A DNA stretch of 64,000 nucleotides from Octopus sinensis (GCF_006345805.1 NC_043014.1:5642001-5706000); one strand, 5' to 3'; counted from the first letter of the stretch, positions 1 to 13,091 are shown. Numbers and translations: made by a program. Notes: a model not told the origin generated them from the sequence alone.

Positions 1-69
1 CGATAGAAGTTAGGTTCTTGTACCAGTATAATCAATCAAGTCTCTTCCAGACGCTTTTTTCATTCTGAA

Positions 70-460
70 ATCCTGGATTATAGTCACAAATGTATCGCTA
101 TCAATGCTGTATGTCTGGAGTGGGATGTAATGAAGGACTGTCATATCGTTAGGCCTAACTCATCGCCAGTCAATACCACCATGACCGATATCCAAGCTAC
201 AGTGGAGAAGGCTAGCCACTGGATTTGGTTAAAAAGGGACATGTACAATGGCTAGAATAATATTGAGCTTTATCTGATAACCAGCTGATCTAGCAAGCGG
301 GGCTCATATCAGTGAGTGGGCCGGTGCACATTGATGCCGTCGAGAGGTAGGCCCCGAAACGGCGCGCATTCTCTCCTGATGACCACATACACTTGCTGGC
401 TTCCGGTATGCGGAGTTTTTGACTGAAAGCACTTGCATGTGCAAGTTGTTTGCAAGACAT
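70..460 (+). mobile_element. 3' remnant of an RLE-type non-LTR retrotransposon (HERO/R4-like): ORF C-terminus plus 3' UTR
   Basis: 70-255 translates open to ...ATVEKASHWIWLKRDMYNG*, resembling the A(A/V)EKASxW(L/I)WLKR terminus I recall for HERO-like elements. The structured GC-rich 305-460 recurs inverted at 2567-2723. Family call is from memory. Confidence 0.45.
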
Positions 461-750
461 GTCTGGAGTGGGGTGTAATGAAGGGACAGTGATCATTTCG
501 AATGTCTATCAGCCACATACGTTTCAGTGAAACTCCACCTTGCTCCAGATTTTCCTTCGGGAAAAGTCTGTTTTTTCGCGAAGGAGCTTTTATGATATGT
601 TTTACTTCTTCTTCTCTCGTGTCTCTCTACACTGCTGCCGGGTTGCGGTTAAATGTTTTGTTTATTCTTTTTCTTTCGGTTATTCCCACTGACAGCATTT
701 AGCTCCTGCTTGAGGGCGATCAGTTTGCGACTGAGTGATCTCTTCCTACT

Positions 751-1562
751 ATGCATGCATGTATGAATGTATGTATGTGTGTATGTATGTGTGTATGTAT
801 TATGTATGTGTGTATGTATGTATGTATGTATGTTTGCATGTATGTATATATGTACGTATGTATGTATGTATGTATGTATGTATGTGTGTATGTGTCATGT
901 ATGTACGTATGTATGTATGTACGGATGTATGTATGTGTGTATGTATGTATGTATGTACGTATGTATGTATGTATGTATGTATGTGTGTATGTATGTATGT
1001 ATGTATGTGTGTATGTGTGTATGTATGTACGTACGTACGTATGTATGTATGTATGTACGTATGTATGTGTGTGTATATGTATTATGTATGTGTGTATGTA
1101 TGTATGTACGTACGTATGTATGTATGTGTGTATATATTACGTATGTATGTATGTATGTATGTATGTACGTATGTATGTATGTCTGTATGTATGTATGTAT
1201 GTATGTATGTATGTATGTATGTATGTATGTGTGTATGTATTATGTATGTGTGTATGTATGCATGTACGTATGTACGTGTGTATGTATGTATGTTCGTATG
1301 TATGCATGCATGTATGTATGTATTATGTATGTATGTGTGTTTGTATGTATGTATTTACCTACGTATGTATGTATGTATGTATGTATGTATGTATGTATGT
1401 ATGTATGTATGTATGTGTGTATGTATGTATGTACGTATGTATGTGTGTATGTATGTATGTATGTACGTATGTATGTATGTATGTGTGTATGTATGGTTGT
1501 ATGTATGTATGTATTATGTGTGTGTGTATGTATGTATGTATGTATGTGTGTATTTACGCACG

Positions 1563-1593
<31 letters not shown>

Positions 1594-1975
1594 TGTATGT
1601 ATTATGTATGTTTGTATGTATGTATGTGTGTATGTATGTGTTTGTGTATGTATGTATGTATGTATGTATGTATGTGTGTGTGTGTATGTATGTATTATGT
1701 ATGTGCGTATGTATGTACGTATGTATGTGTGTATGCATGTATGTGTATGTATGTATGGATTATGCTTATCTGTATGTACGTATGTATGTATGTTTGTATG
1801 TATTATGTATGTGCGTATGTATGTATGTACGTACGTATGTATGTGTGTATGTATGTATGTATGTATGTATGTATGTATGTATGTATGTATGTGTGTATGT
1901 ATGTATGTATGGATTATGCTTATCTGTATGTATGTGTGTATGTATGTATGTATGTATGTATGTATTCATGCATGC
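751..1975. repeat. Compound (TATG)n/(TG)n microsatellite, ~1.2 kb
   Basis: Visible tetranucleotide run; source of the MYVC/HTYI pseudo-ORFs. Confidence 0.97.
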
Positions 1976-1990
1976 ATATATGTGTATATA

Positions 1991-2223
1991 TATTTCTTTA
2001 CCACCCACAAGGGGCTAAACATAGAGGGGACAAACAAGGACAGACAAAAGGATTAAGTCGATTACATCGACCCGAGTGCGAAACTGCTACTTTATTTATC
2101 GACGCGAAAGGATGAAAGGCAAAGTCGACCTCGGCGGAATTTGAACTCAGAAACGTAACGACAGACGAAATACCGCTAAGCATTTCGCCTGGCGCGCTAA
2201 CCACTCTGCCAGCTCGCCGCCTT
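1991..2223 (-). mobile_element. tRNA-derived SINE, family A (CORE-like; head ggcggcgagctggcagaa, tail aaagaaata)
   Basis: Reverse complement matches the family seen repeatedly here. Other copies at ~4823-4992(-), 5504-5730(-), 32985-33210(-), 35590-35815(-), 39410-39640(+), 59411-59640(+). Confidence 0.85.
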
Positions 2224-2566
2224 TATGTATATGTGTATTACTTATACGTATGTATCTGTTTATGTATATACGTATATCGCTTCCACAACGATATTCTCAC
2301 GTCGAATATTTTAATTAGATTAACAGAAGTAATTTAATTATCTGAAAATTTGTTTATAAATTGTTATGAACAACCATATTAATAGGCGGTTGCAGAACGT
2401 TTGTGTACAAAGAAAGTAGCTCTCTCAATGAGTATTAAATGTTTTCAAAGAATACCCATTAAATAAATACAAATTTAAGCAATAGAAAATAAATCTAATC
2501 CCCTAACAAACTGGGATATTTAATAATTTTACGGGTTCTGCCTTTGTCATTAAAGTATTTCTGTAA

Positions 2567-2723
2567 ATGTCTTGCAAACAACTTGCACATGTAAGTGCTA
2601 CCAGTTAAAAGCTCCGTATACCGGAAGCTAGCAAGTGTATGGGGTCATCAGGAGAGATTGCGCGCCGTTTCGGGGCCTACCTCCCGACGGCATCAATGCG
2701 CACCGGCCCCACACACTGATATG
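2567..2723 (-). repeat. Inverted ~156-bp copy of 305-460
   Basis: Direct base comparison, roughly 88% identity by eye. Confidence 0.85.
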
Positions 2724-2988
2724 TAATTATTTTGTGTCTGCACCGAATCACAAAACCTTTCATTCATAAATCTACACCCACACTTCTGATTATAGAAATA
2801 TCATTGGTTTATGATTAAATTTTCGTCAAGGCTAGGTTATGGTGGGTTGAATATATAAATTGAATATATGAATATTGTAAATTGAATGTATACAGAAAGT
2901 CAGTAACAAACCTCCAGCTTAGATCTATCCTAAATTTATTGTTAAACCAACACAAAATATCGCATACAAGGAACGTCTATACATCCCA

Positions 2989-3132
2989 ATGGATTTTGCA
3001 AAACTGGCCAGGAATATTTCGCAACGTTTATCCATGTCTTCACTCATAGCTTTTGGAATACTGCTCATTCTGACCATAACGATTCTTAACCAAGATTTAA
3101 GAATGAGGAAAATGGAAGAGAAATCAGAACAA
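2989..3132 (+). CDS. Short-chain collagen C4-like protein, exon 1 (signal anchor/TM)
   Basis: ATG at 2989; MDFAKLARNISQRLSMSSLIAFGILLILTITILNQDLRMRKMEEKSEQ with a hydrophobic stretch. GTGAGT donor at 3133, phase 0, compatible with exon 2. Confidence 0.75.
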
Positions 3133-3351
3133 GTGAGTAGAGAAATTTGTATATACTTGTGTGTGGAATTTTCTGTCTTTCAGTTTTTGGTGGGTATATA
3201 ACATACACCGATATACACAATTTTGTATATATTTCCAAAAAAAAAACAATAAATGCAAACAAACAAACAAACAAAAAAGCAAACATACATATACACGTAG
3301 AGACATACAGACATACATACTTATATGAGTAGCACAATCCTGTATATTGTG

Positions 3352-3545
3352 ACCCCCTTTCGGTCATGAATGACCATGGGGCTGTATCTAGAAAGTTACC
3401 CTCCGAGGCACAATTCCGGGAAAGGTTGTTTCTGGAAGACCAGCGGTCGCCCATGCATACCAGCCTCCCCTCACCACACCACCGATGTTATCCAAGGGAA
3501 AGGCATAGGGGCCGATACAGCTTGGCACTAGTGTCGTGGCGGCTC
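3352..3545 (-). mobile_element. SINE family D 3' part (LINE-like tail ...catgaccgaagggggtc)
   Basis: Reverse complement of the 3' half of the full copy at 21795-22130. Confidence 0.75.
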
Positions 3546-3549
3546 ATTT

Positions 3550-3860
3550 ATTAACGTGCAAGTGGCTGAGTACTCCACAGACACGTATACCGTTAACGTA
3601 CTTCTCGGGGGAGATTCAGCATGACACAGAGTGTGACAAGGCTGGCCCTTTGAAATACAGGTAGAACAGAAACAGGAAGAAGGAGTGAGAGAAAGTTGTG
3701 GTGAAAGAGTACAGCAGGGTTCACCAACACCTCCTGCCGGAGCCTCGTGGAGTTTTAGGTGTTTTCGCTCAATAAACACTCACAATGCTCTGTCTGGGAA
3801 TTGAAACCGCGATCCTACAACCGCGAGTCGCTGCTCTAACCACTGTGCCATTGCGCCTCC
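3550..3860 (-). mobile_element. tRNA-derived SINE, family C (head ggaggcgcaatggcc)
   Basis: tRNA-like A/B boxes in the head. Copies at 22195-22495(+), 28182-28560(+), 36212-36515(+), 38680-38985(-). Confidence 0.85.
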
Positions 3861-3877
3861 TCAGTCCTGTATGTATG

Positions 3878-3931
<54 letters not shown>

Positions 3932-4126
3932 TATATTGTGTGTGTGGTGTGTGGTGTGTGTGTGTGTGTTGTGCGTGTGTATCTGTGTATGTATATTGTG
4001 TCCACAGGACATGATTAACGCTTTATCTTACAGAGCCCATATATGTCGTTCACTACTGAGAATCCATCATGTACATATATATATATACATATATATACAC
4101 GTGTATATATATGTATATATGTATAT

Positions 4127-4202
<76 letters not shown>

Positions 4203-4204
4203 TT

Positions 4205-4545
4205 ATTATAAAATACAAAATATCCCGATTGACGAAACAAAGAAAAGGACGGGTCATTCGAAGTTTTCTATCTTCAGTCAAGAACCAGGTTATCCTAGCA
4301 ATTTCGGCTGGTTATACTCGAAATTGCTCTAATCTTGACAGCCCCAAGTTAAAACTAAGCTAAGAGCATTACATTACATGGAAGAAATCAGCGAATGTAT
4401 ACAAAAACAAAGAGGGAGAAAATGGACAATGTTACACAAATATAAATACAATAACAAATACAATATGAATGATAAAAGGACATAACAACAGGTGTCTTTC
4501 GACTAAGGACGAATTGAATTAAGCTGGCGCGTGTGGAAATGAAGC
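4205..4545. mobile_element. (TA)n-embedded dispersed repeat, possibly Penelope-derived; related copy ~34085-34450
   Basis: Shared blocks cattcgaag..tcttcagtcaagaacc, gcaatttcggctg, gtgtctttcgact; both copies flanked by (TA)n. Penelope origin is inference. Confidence 0.5.
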
Positions 4546-4592
4546 TTTACATATATATACACACATATATGTATATATATATGTATGTGTAT

Positions 4593-4631
<39 letters not shown>

Positions 4632-4727
4632 CGTATACATATACACACACAGATATATGCATAAATATACATATATATATATATACATACACATATACAT
4701 ATATATACACATATACATACTTACATT

Positions 4728-4776
<49 letters not shown>

Positions 4777-5138
4777 TATTGTATATATATATTATGTAAT
4801 ATTATATATATTTGTATGTATATATTTCCTTATTGCCCACAAGGGGCTAAATATAGAGGGGACAAACTAGGACAGTCAGAGGGATTAAGTCAATTACATC
4901 GACCCCAGTGCGTAACTGGTACTTTATTTATCAAACCTTGAAAGGAAACATAACGGCAGACGAAATACCGCAAAGCATTTCGCCCGGCGCGCTGGCGTCT
5001 CTGATGCTGTTGTGTTTACGTCCCCGTCAATTAGCGGTTCTGCAAAAGAGACCGATAGAATAAGTACTGGGCTTACAAAGAATAAGTCCCGGGGTCGATT
5101 TACTCGACTAAACGCGGTGCTCCAGCAATGTATGTATG

Positions 5139-5172
<34 letters not shown>

Positions 5173-5987
5173 TGTATGTATGTATGTATGTATGTATGTG
5201 TATGTATGTATGTATTTATGTATGTATGCTTGGAGAGGCAAGCGGGGAAGATAGAAGCCAAACTAAGTGCTTATGTATATTCTCATCAGACTTTAACAGA
5301 ACAAAAGAGCCTGACACAGAGGACGACAGTCAAAACAGTTACAGATCGAAGAGCTCTGGATTTATGTAAATGGTGAGAAGTATATTTTCCTCTGAATTGA
5401 TCTAGATCAAAATTTAAAGCCATAACACTCTCACGTGGATAATTCATTTTTTTCAAATAGTTTGTCCTTTGTTATTTATATGCTTATATTTCTAATTCAT
5501 ATATATTCCTTTACTACCCACAAGGGGCTAAACACAGAGGGGACAAACAAGGACAGACAATGGGATTAAGTCGATTACATCGACCCTAGTGCGTAACTGG
5601 TATTAATTTATCGACCCCGAAAGGATGAAAGGCAAAGTCGACCTCGGCGGAATTTGAACTCAGAACGTAACGACAGACGAAATACGGCTACGCATTTCGC
5701 CCGGCGTGCTAACGTTTCTGCCAGCTCGCCCGTCTCATTTGTGTTGTGCTGTGTGTGCGGACATGCGCAGTGGCGCGCGTGTGGGAAGATACGTACGGGA
5801 TTTCTTTCTTTTAGTATTTCTTTACTTATCTATCTATCTATTTATTTATTTAGCGACGTGACGGACAAACTACTTTTAAAATATAAATTCTGTTTGTTAA
5901 TTTTATCTGTTCCGCAATCGGAAGAAGACGAAGGTGGCTGTGAGACAAGAGTCTTGGGGAATATGACAAATGAGAATAGCACTGGTC

Positions 5988-5988
5988 G

Positions 5989-6026
<38 letters not shown>

Positions 6027-6063
6027 AACTATTACTACTACTACTACTACAACGATTACAACA

Positions 6064-6095
<32 letters not shown>

Positions 6096-6116
6096 AACGA
6101 CTACTACTACAACAAT

Positions 6117-6149
<33 letters not shown>

Positions 6150-6264
6150 AACTATTACTACTACTACTACTACAACGATTACAACTACTACTACTACTAC
6201 TACTACTACTACAACGACTACTACTACAACAATTACTACTACTACTATTACTACTACTACTACA

Positions 6265-6302
<38 letters not shown>

Positions 6303-6378
6303 AACTCCTATTACTACAACAACAACAACAACAACTACTACTACTACTACTACTACTACTACAAATAATAATAATAAT
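5988..6378. repeat. (ACT)n/(ACA)n trinucleotide microsatellite
   Basis: Visible run; source of the poly-L/poly-Y pseudo-ORFs. Confidence 0.95.
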
Positions 6379-6379
6379 A

Positions 6380-6784
6380 CTCTTTTACTCTTTTACTTGT
6401 TTCAGTCATTTGACTGCGTCCACGCTGGAGCACCGCCTTTAATCGAGCAACTCGACCCCGGGACTTATTCTTTGTAAGCCCAGTACTTATTCTATCGGTC
6501 TCTTTAGCCAAACTGCAAAGTAACGGGGACATAAACACACCAGCATCGGTTGTCAAGCAATGCTAGGGGGACAAACACAGACACACAAACACACACACGT
6601 ATATATATATATACATATATACGGCGGGCTTCTTTCAGTTTCCGTCTACCAAATCCACTCACAAGGCTTTGGTCGGCCCGAGGCTATAGAAGAAGACACT
6701 TGCCCAAGGTGCCACGCAGAGGGACTGAACCCGGAATCATGTGGTTGGTAGACAAGCTACTTACCACACAGCCACTCCTGCGCC

Positions 6785-6786
<2 letters not shown>
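6380..6786 (-). mobile_element. tRNA-derived SINE, family B (head ggcgcaggagtggctgtgtggtaag; internal (TA)/(TG); tail gtaaaagagtaaaaga)
   Basis: Full copy. Others at ~12190-12610(-), 13285-13470(+), 14560-14940(-), 19440-19640(-), 23270-23675(+), 25430-25970(-), 31530-31930(-), 32243-32660(+), 35165-35460(+), 39765-40075(-), 55613-56022(+). Confidence 0.85.
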
Positions 6787-6821
<35 letters not shown>

Positions 6822-6825
6822 TCTT

Positions 6826-7073
6826 TCTAGCAGAAGCACAAGGCCTCAAATTTTGGGGAAAGAATTAAGTCCTGAGTTCAAAGGGATTATGCTCTGAGTT
6901 CAAATTCAACCGACCTCAACTTTGCCTTTCATTTTTTCGGGGTCGATAAATTAAGTACCAAGGAAACATTGGAGTTGATATAATCAACTACTCCCCTCCC
7001 CCAAAATTCCAGACCTTGTGCCTATAGTAGAAAGGATTATTATTATCATTGTTATTATTATTATTATTATTAC

Positions 7074-7127
<54 letters not shown>

Positions 7128-7237
7128 CATTATTATTATTATTATTATCATTATTATTATCATTATTATTGTGGCCAATAAAAAAGAATTGATTATTATT
7201 ATTATTATTATTATTATCATTAACATTATCATTATTA

Positions 7238-7269
<32 letters not shown>

Positions 7270-7280
7270 CATTAACATTA

Positions 7281-7320
<40 letters not shown>

Positions 7321-7340
7321 CATTATTATTATTATTATTA

Positions 7341-7380
<40 letters not shown>

Positions 7381-7391
7381 CATTAACATTA

Positions 7392-7434
<43 letters not shown>

Positions 7435-7445
7435 CATTAACATTA

Positions 7446-7485
<40 letters not shown>

Positions 7486-7550
7486 CATTATTATTATTAT
7501 TATTATCATTATTATTATTATTATATTATTATATTATATCATTAACATTA

Positions 7551-7590
<40 letters not shown>

Positions 7591-7602
7591 CCATTAACAT
7601 TA

Positions 7603-7639
<37 letters not shown>

Positions 7640-7707
7640 CATTAATTATTATTATTATCTTATTATATTTTATTATTATTATTATTATTATTATTATCAT
7701 TAACATA

Positions 7708-7747
<40 letters not shown>

Positions 7748-8088
7748 CATTAACTATCATTAATTATTATTATTATTATTATTATTATATTATTATTATC
7801 ATTATTATTATTATTATCATTATTATTTTATTATTATTAATTATTATTATTATTAATCATAACATATCATTATTATTTTATTTTATTATTATTATTATTT
7901 TATTATTATTATTATTATTATCATTATTATTATTATTATCATTATTATTATTATCATTATTATTATTATTATTATTAATTATTATTATTATTATTTTTAT
8001 TATCATCATTATTATTTTATTATTATTTATTATTATTATTATTATTATTATCATTTTATTATTATTATTATTATCATTATGATTATTA

Positions 8089-8123
<35 letters not shown>

Positions 8124-8233
8124 TATTATTATTATTATTATTATTATCATCATTATTATTTTATTATTATTATTATTATTATTATCATAATCATTAATTA
8201 TTTTTATCATCATCATCATTATTATTATTATTA

Positions 8234-8275
<42 letters not shown>

Positions 8276-8730
8276 CATTATTATTATTAAGGAGCGGCGA
8301 GAATCGTTAGCACAGCGGGTGAGATGCTTAGCGATATTTCGTCTGCCGTTACGTTGTGAGTTCAAATTCCGTCGAGGTCGACTTTGCCTTTCACCCTTTC
8401 GGGGTCAATGAATTAACTACCAGTAACGCACTAGGATCAATGTAATTGACTTGCTCCCTTCCCCCAAAAAATTTTCAAGGCCTTGTGTCTAGAGTAGAAA
8501 TAATAATAATTATCATTATTAAGACGGCGAGCTGGCAGAATCGTTAGCATAGCGGGAGAAATGCTCAGCGCTATTTCGTCTGCTGCAGCGTTCCGAGTTC
8601 AAATTCCGCCGAGGTTGACTTTGCTATTCATCCTCTCGATATCTATAAATTAAGTACCAGTTATCTACTGAGGTCGATGTAACCGACTGGCCTCTCCTCC
8701 AAATTTCGAGCCTGGCGTTTGAAGTAGAAA
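6826..8730 (+). mobile_element. Three family-A-related SINE pieces (ATT-tailed subtype) around a 1.25-kb (ATT)n tract (7037-8288)
   Basis: The ctttcatcctttcggggtcgataaattaagtacc core recurs at ~6930, ~8390 and ~8630; tail ...ccttgtgcctatagtagaaagg runs directly into (ATT)n. Confidence 0.75.
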
Positions 8731-8732
8731 AG

Positions 8733-8811
<79 letters not shown>

Positions 8812-9044
8812 GTTAACTGAAACATGAACGAAGAGAAAACACAACAACTCGAGGATGTGGAACAAGTATAGGGTTATTGGATGCTCAGGAAAGGAAAGAA
8901 AGAAGGAGGATTTAACGTTTCGAGCGGAGCTCTTCGTCAAAAGCATAGAAAAAGGATAGGTCCAAGGAAGGGAAGTCGGAGAAAGAAAATCGCCAACGTT
9001 ACACACGCGGTCACGGAAATGGATGCGTGACATTCAATCATATA

Positions 9045-9131
<87 letters not shown>

Positions 9132-9386
9132 CACAACGTAAACAACATGAAATATGAACATTTTTAGCGAACAACAAATGAAACAAATGGAAAACAAGAG
9201 AAGCAACATAAAAAATCGAGTCTTCATCAGTTGGCGGCTGTTTTTCTACTTCGTATTTCGAGCAGTTCACGACAAACCCAATTAAATAAAATTTGGGATT
9301 TTGCGATGGGTCAAGTTGGTAACAAAAACAGGACAGTGAAAACAAACAGGAAGGGCTGCTAAGCCTAAACGAGGTGAGTTATATAT

Positions 9387-9433
<47 letters not shown>

Positions 9434-9495
9434 ATATATATATAAATGTATGTATACATGCATAAATACACACACACACACAGCACACACACAAG

Positions 9496-9562
<67 letters not shown>

Positions 9563-9742
9563 GTATTTATACATATTGTTACAGGGGCAAGAAAAGGTAA
9601 ACAAACAGAAAACATCATGCCCCTTGTTCCATTAGTTGGAATTGAACCGGCGCTCCAGTTGTTCAGGACAATGGTATTTCCCTTTCTCCTGTCAAGATCA
9701 CGACTATTAATGATCCTAAGCAGTGATCTATGATCCCAACAC

Positions 9743-10590
9743 TGTCACGGAAAGCTAAAAAAAATTTAAATACTACTCTTTATAAATGCGGCTGGCTTTG
9801 GGTTAGTTGGTCAGTCGACGCGGGACAGCCGGTCAGACCGTGAGCGGAGCAGATAAGGGAGTGAGATGGAGATGGTGGAGTCGGCGAGAGGCAACGACAA
9901 AGATGAGAAAGACAAACAGTGAGTGTGAGAAATGACAAGCGAGAGAAACTGAGGAAGATGGCAGTGAAGGGGGCAGAGAGAGACATTTTGAACTCGGACT
10001 GTTATAGTGGGAGTTTTTGTGATGATTCAGAGGGTGTTGCGGACGAGGAACATGCGGTAATGTTTATTTGTGTTTTGAATTTCGATGTTTAAATGTTTTA
10101 AAAAGAAAGGGAAAGAAAAGAGAAAGGAAAACGTGTTGTGGGCTGTTTTTAAAAGAAAAGAAAGGGAAAAAAAAGAGAACTTGGAACTTTAAGGGACTGT
10201 CGATTTTGAACTTTGTGTTAGATGTAAACAAAACGATGTGTCTTGAAAAAAAAAAAAGAGAAAATCGAACTGTATTGAGTCAAATGCAATTGATTTGGTT
10301 TTTCGAACTCTGAATTATGTTTAAATGCAATTGATTATTCTTCGATCTCTGTATATGATTTGTCAACCTTTCTTTTGGAATGTTTTGATTTTGTTTTTAA
10401 AAATTGTTAAACTACGCAACCTCTGCCTGCTGTGTCTCTTTCTTTGTTGTTGTGTTGGTCTCTAGCTGCGTTCGCCGCCTTCCACCCGCTTTTCGTGGTG
10501 GATTTCCGGTTTTCTGAGCGTCGTCGTCGCGACTTGGGGCCCGTGGTGGAATCGGAAGGCCTAGGGTCCTGAGTGGCGCACGGCGTAACG
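9743..10590 (+). mobile_element. Possible solo LTR
   Basis: Begins TGTCACGG and ends ...GCGTAACG (imperfect TG..CA inverted termini). No TSD found. Confidence 0.3.
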
Positions 10591-10879
10591 ATATATTGAA
10601 GGTTGATTGATATGGCCATTCAGAGTGGCCATTGGCGTTTCACACCTATAAAGCACATAACCGCATAGGGGATCATCAGACCCAACTGACCATCTACAAC
10701 TGGAAAGAGGAAAACGTCATGGCCAGTTAATTTTGCAAGCAAAGAAATATACATCTGGAATGTACCCACCAGTAATGCTCCAGGTGGAACGGTTATATCA
10801 CTCCTTGCATCTGTTCTAACGGTGTCGATTTTGAAGTTGCTGTAGTGGTTCAATACGACGAATGGGAATTTCCCAGCTG

Positions 10880-11140
10880 ATTGCATCAAGAAATGTTTCT
10901 GGTGCGGGCATTGGCTGACACTTCATTCCTGGAGTTTTTCCTCGATTTTTGCTCTACTTCAAGGCAAAGCTTACATCGATTGCTCCCGCTGATATATGAC
11001 CCGGGTTGTTCAGAGAACTTCCATTTAATCCTGTATGACGGTCCTTGCTATTTGAAGCACCATGTGTGGCTGGCCAGGGACATGATGTTGAGAACAATCC
11101 AAAGTCAAATGTTTAGTAATCCTAATTTGGAGTTTGGTTT
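10880..11140 (-). pseudogene. Penelope-like element GIY-YIG endonuclease C-terminal remnant
   Basis: Minus strand gives SLASHTW..YRIKWKFSEQPGSYISGSNRCKLCLE..CPHQKHFLM with stops and shifts, matching the PLE LSKHIW..IKWKI..CxLCLxEK..CRH terminus. Confidence 0.65.
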
Positions 11141-11193
11141 ATAATGTAAACTATAATAAATATCCTGAATATTCCGACGTTCTATTTCTATGA

Positions 11194-11455
11194 TGGAAGG
11201 TGTTTGTAAGCCATTTAAGAAACGCACAAAAGCCGTTCGATTCACTTCAACATTTAAGCTTAATTTGTCAAAATATTTTCGTCGCTAAAATCCGCGACCT
11301 GTTCACTGACAAAAATCCGTGCTGCATCTCGGATTTTTGTCAGTGAACAGGTCGCGGATTTTAGCGACGAAAATATTTTGACAAATTAAGCTTAAATGTT
11401 GAAGTGAATCGAACGGCTTTTGTGCGTTTCTTAAATGGCTTACAAACACCTTCCA
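11194..11455. repeat. Perfect inverted repeat, 126-bp arms, 10-nt loop
   Basis: 11194-11319 is the exact reverse complement of 11330-11455; loop tgctgcatct. Confidence 0.95.
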
Positions 11456-11556
11456 CGCTGCAATTGTTTTCGTTCCAGCACACGATCTCAGATCAAATCA
11501 CTTGCTATGCGAGTACATCTCCGTTTTTCTATGATGTTATTTCTATTTCTTCACAG

Positions 11557-11608
11557 AACCGTGTCCTCTCCAAAAAATCGCTCGATGATAAACCCGTTAA
11601 CACACCAA
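11557..11608 (+). CDS. Short-chain collagen C4-like protein, exon 2
   Basis: Acceptor tttctatttcttcacAG, donor GTAAGA; 52 nt, NRVLSKKSLDDKPVNTP plus 1 nt. Links phase 0 of exon 1 to phase 1 of exon 3. Confidence 0.7.
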
Positions 11609-12390
11609 GTAAGAATTCCTTTTATAACAATCTAAGCAGTGAAGACAAAAAAATTATGAGGAATATTTAAGACCCAGATTAAATATTATAAAATATTCAG
11701 TATTCTCCGACTGACTTCTAATCTCACCAATGTTTAATCGGTTCTCCATCGCTATAAACTATTTCTCAATAAAATATTCAGTACTAAGGCACTTGCTTAC
11801 AGTTACTTAAAATATCTTATTCACAATAATTTCCTCAATCAAAAGTAATATGCTCTGATATTAACCGCATGAAAGGAAACAGCAATATTTTGTGTTCATG
11901 CGTGACTACAATCTGAAAGAAAAAATGTGAGTTATTTACCAAACAGTTTCCATGGTAATGTAGACAGTAAATATACGATAATGTGTAGGTCGCCCTGACA
12001 CTAAATTCAAATCAATCGCATCAAAAATCGATAACTTTATGTAATATTAATTAAATAGGAACAGCAACAAACACACACACAGGCACACACATACACATAC
12101 ATGCATACACAGGCACACACATACACATACATGCATACACAGGCACACACATACACATACATGCATACACAGGCACACACATACACAAAGTCGCTTGACA
12201 GTGGCCATGTTGAAGCATCGTCTTTAGTTGAACAAAGCGACCCCTGCACTTACTCTTTGTAAGCCTAGTACTTATTTTATCGCTCTTTATTGCCGAACCG
12301 CTACTTTACGGGGACGTAAACGCTCTAACATCGGTTGTGAAGCGATGGTGCGTGTTGTGTGTGTGAGGCAAACACAGACATATATATATA

Positions 12391-12459
<69 letters not shown>

Positions 12460-12986
12460 CGGGCTTCTTTAATTTCCGCTTACCAGATCCACTTTGGTCA
12501 GCCCGACGCTATAGTAGAAGACACTTGCTGAAGGTGTCACGCAGTGGGACTGAACCCAGAACCATGTGGTTAGAAAGCAAGCTTATTACCACACAGCCAC
12601 ACCTGCGCCTTAGATATGTATTTATACTTATTTACTCATATCTGTATGTACACTCATTTACATTCATAGAGAGATTCATACGTTCAAACTATTATATTCT
12701 CGGATAAATTTCTCAAATATTTCACAATTTCCTTCCTTTAAATTTTATTCTTATCCAATCTCGATTCAATCATTTACTTCTTTATTTCTATCTCACATTC
12801 ACTTGCCCTTTCTTTCTCTCTTAACCTTTATACTTCTGTCTTCTCTACCAATTCCCCACCTATCCTTCTTTCTAATCTTCCAGTTATTCTCCCCACAATT
12901 CCCAAATTTTTAGCCGACAATTTCCTTTGTTTATAATTCACTTGAAACATTGCTGTTTAAAAGAAATGATTGTTTGAATTACACAG

Positions 12987-13061
12987 AACCTGGTCTAGGA
13001 TCCCTGTATACCCGCTGGGGTAGAACAGCCTGTCCTCCTGATGCAGATCTTATATATGATG
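12987..13061 (+). CDS. Short-chain collagen C4-like protein, exon 3
   Basis: acacAG / GTTAGT; encodes (K)PGLGSLYTRWGRTACPPDADLIYD(G), the YxRWGRxxCP start of the C4-like domain. Confidence 0.88.
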
Positions 13062-13091
13062 GTTAGTATTGGATATACTTAATTTCAATCA

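Noticed and set aside
305-420. Hammerhead ribozyme (GTC, GAAAC and CTGATGA all present)
   Set aside because: Motif order GUC-GAAAC-CUGAUGA is not a circular permutation of type I/II/III, and stem II cannot form after CUGAUGA.
735-2115. Long ORFs up to 429 aa (MYVC repeats)
   Set aside because: Translation of the (TATG)n microsatellite; the same applies to YI/HT/poly-I/poly-L ORFs throughout.
5290-5372. Possible extra exon of the C4-like gene (catcAG ... GTGAGA)
   Set aside because: 83 nt would shift the frame between exon 1 (phase 0) and exon 2; no compensating exon or alternative acceptor found.
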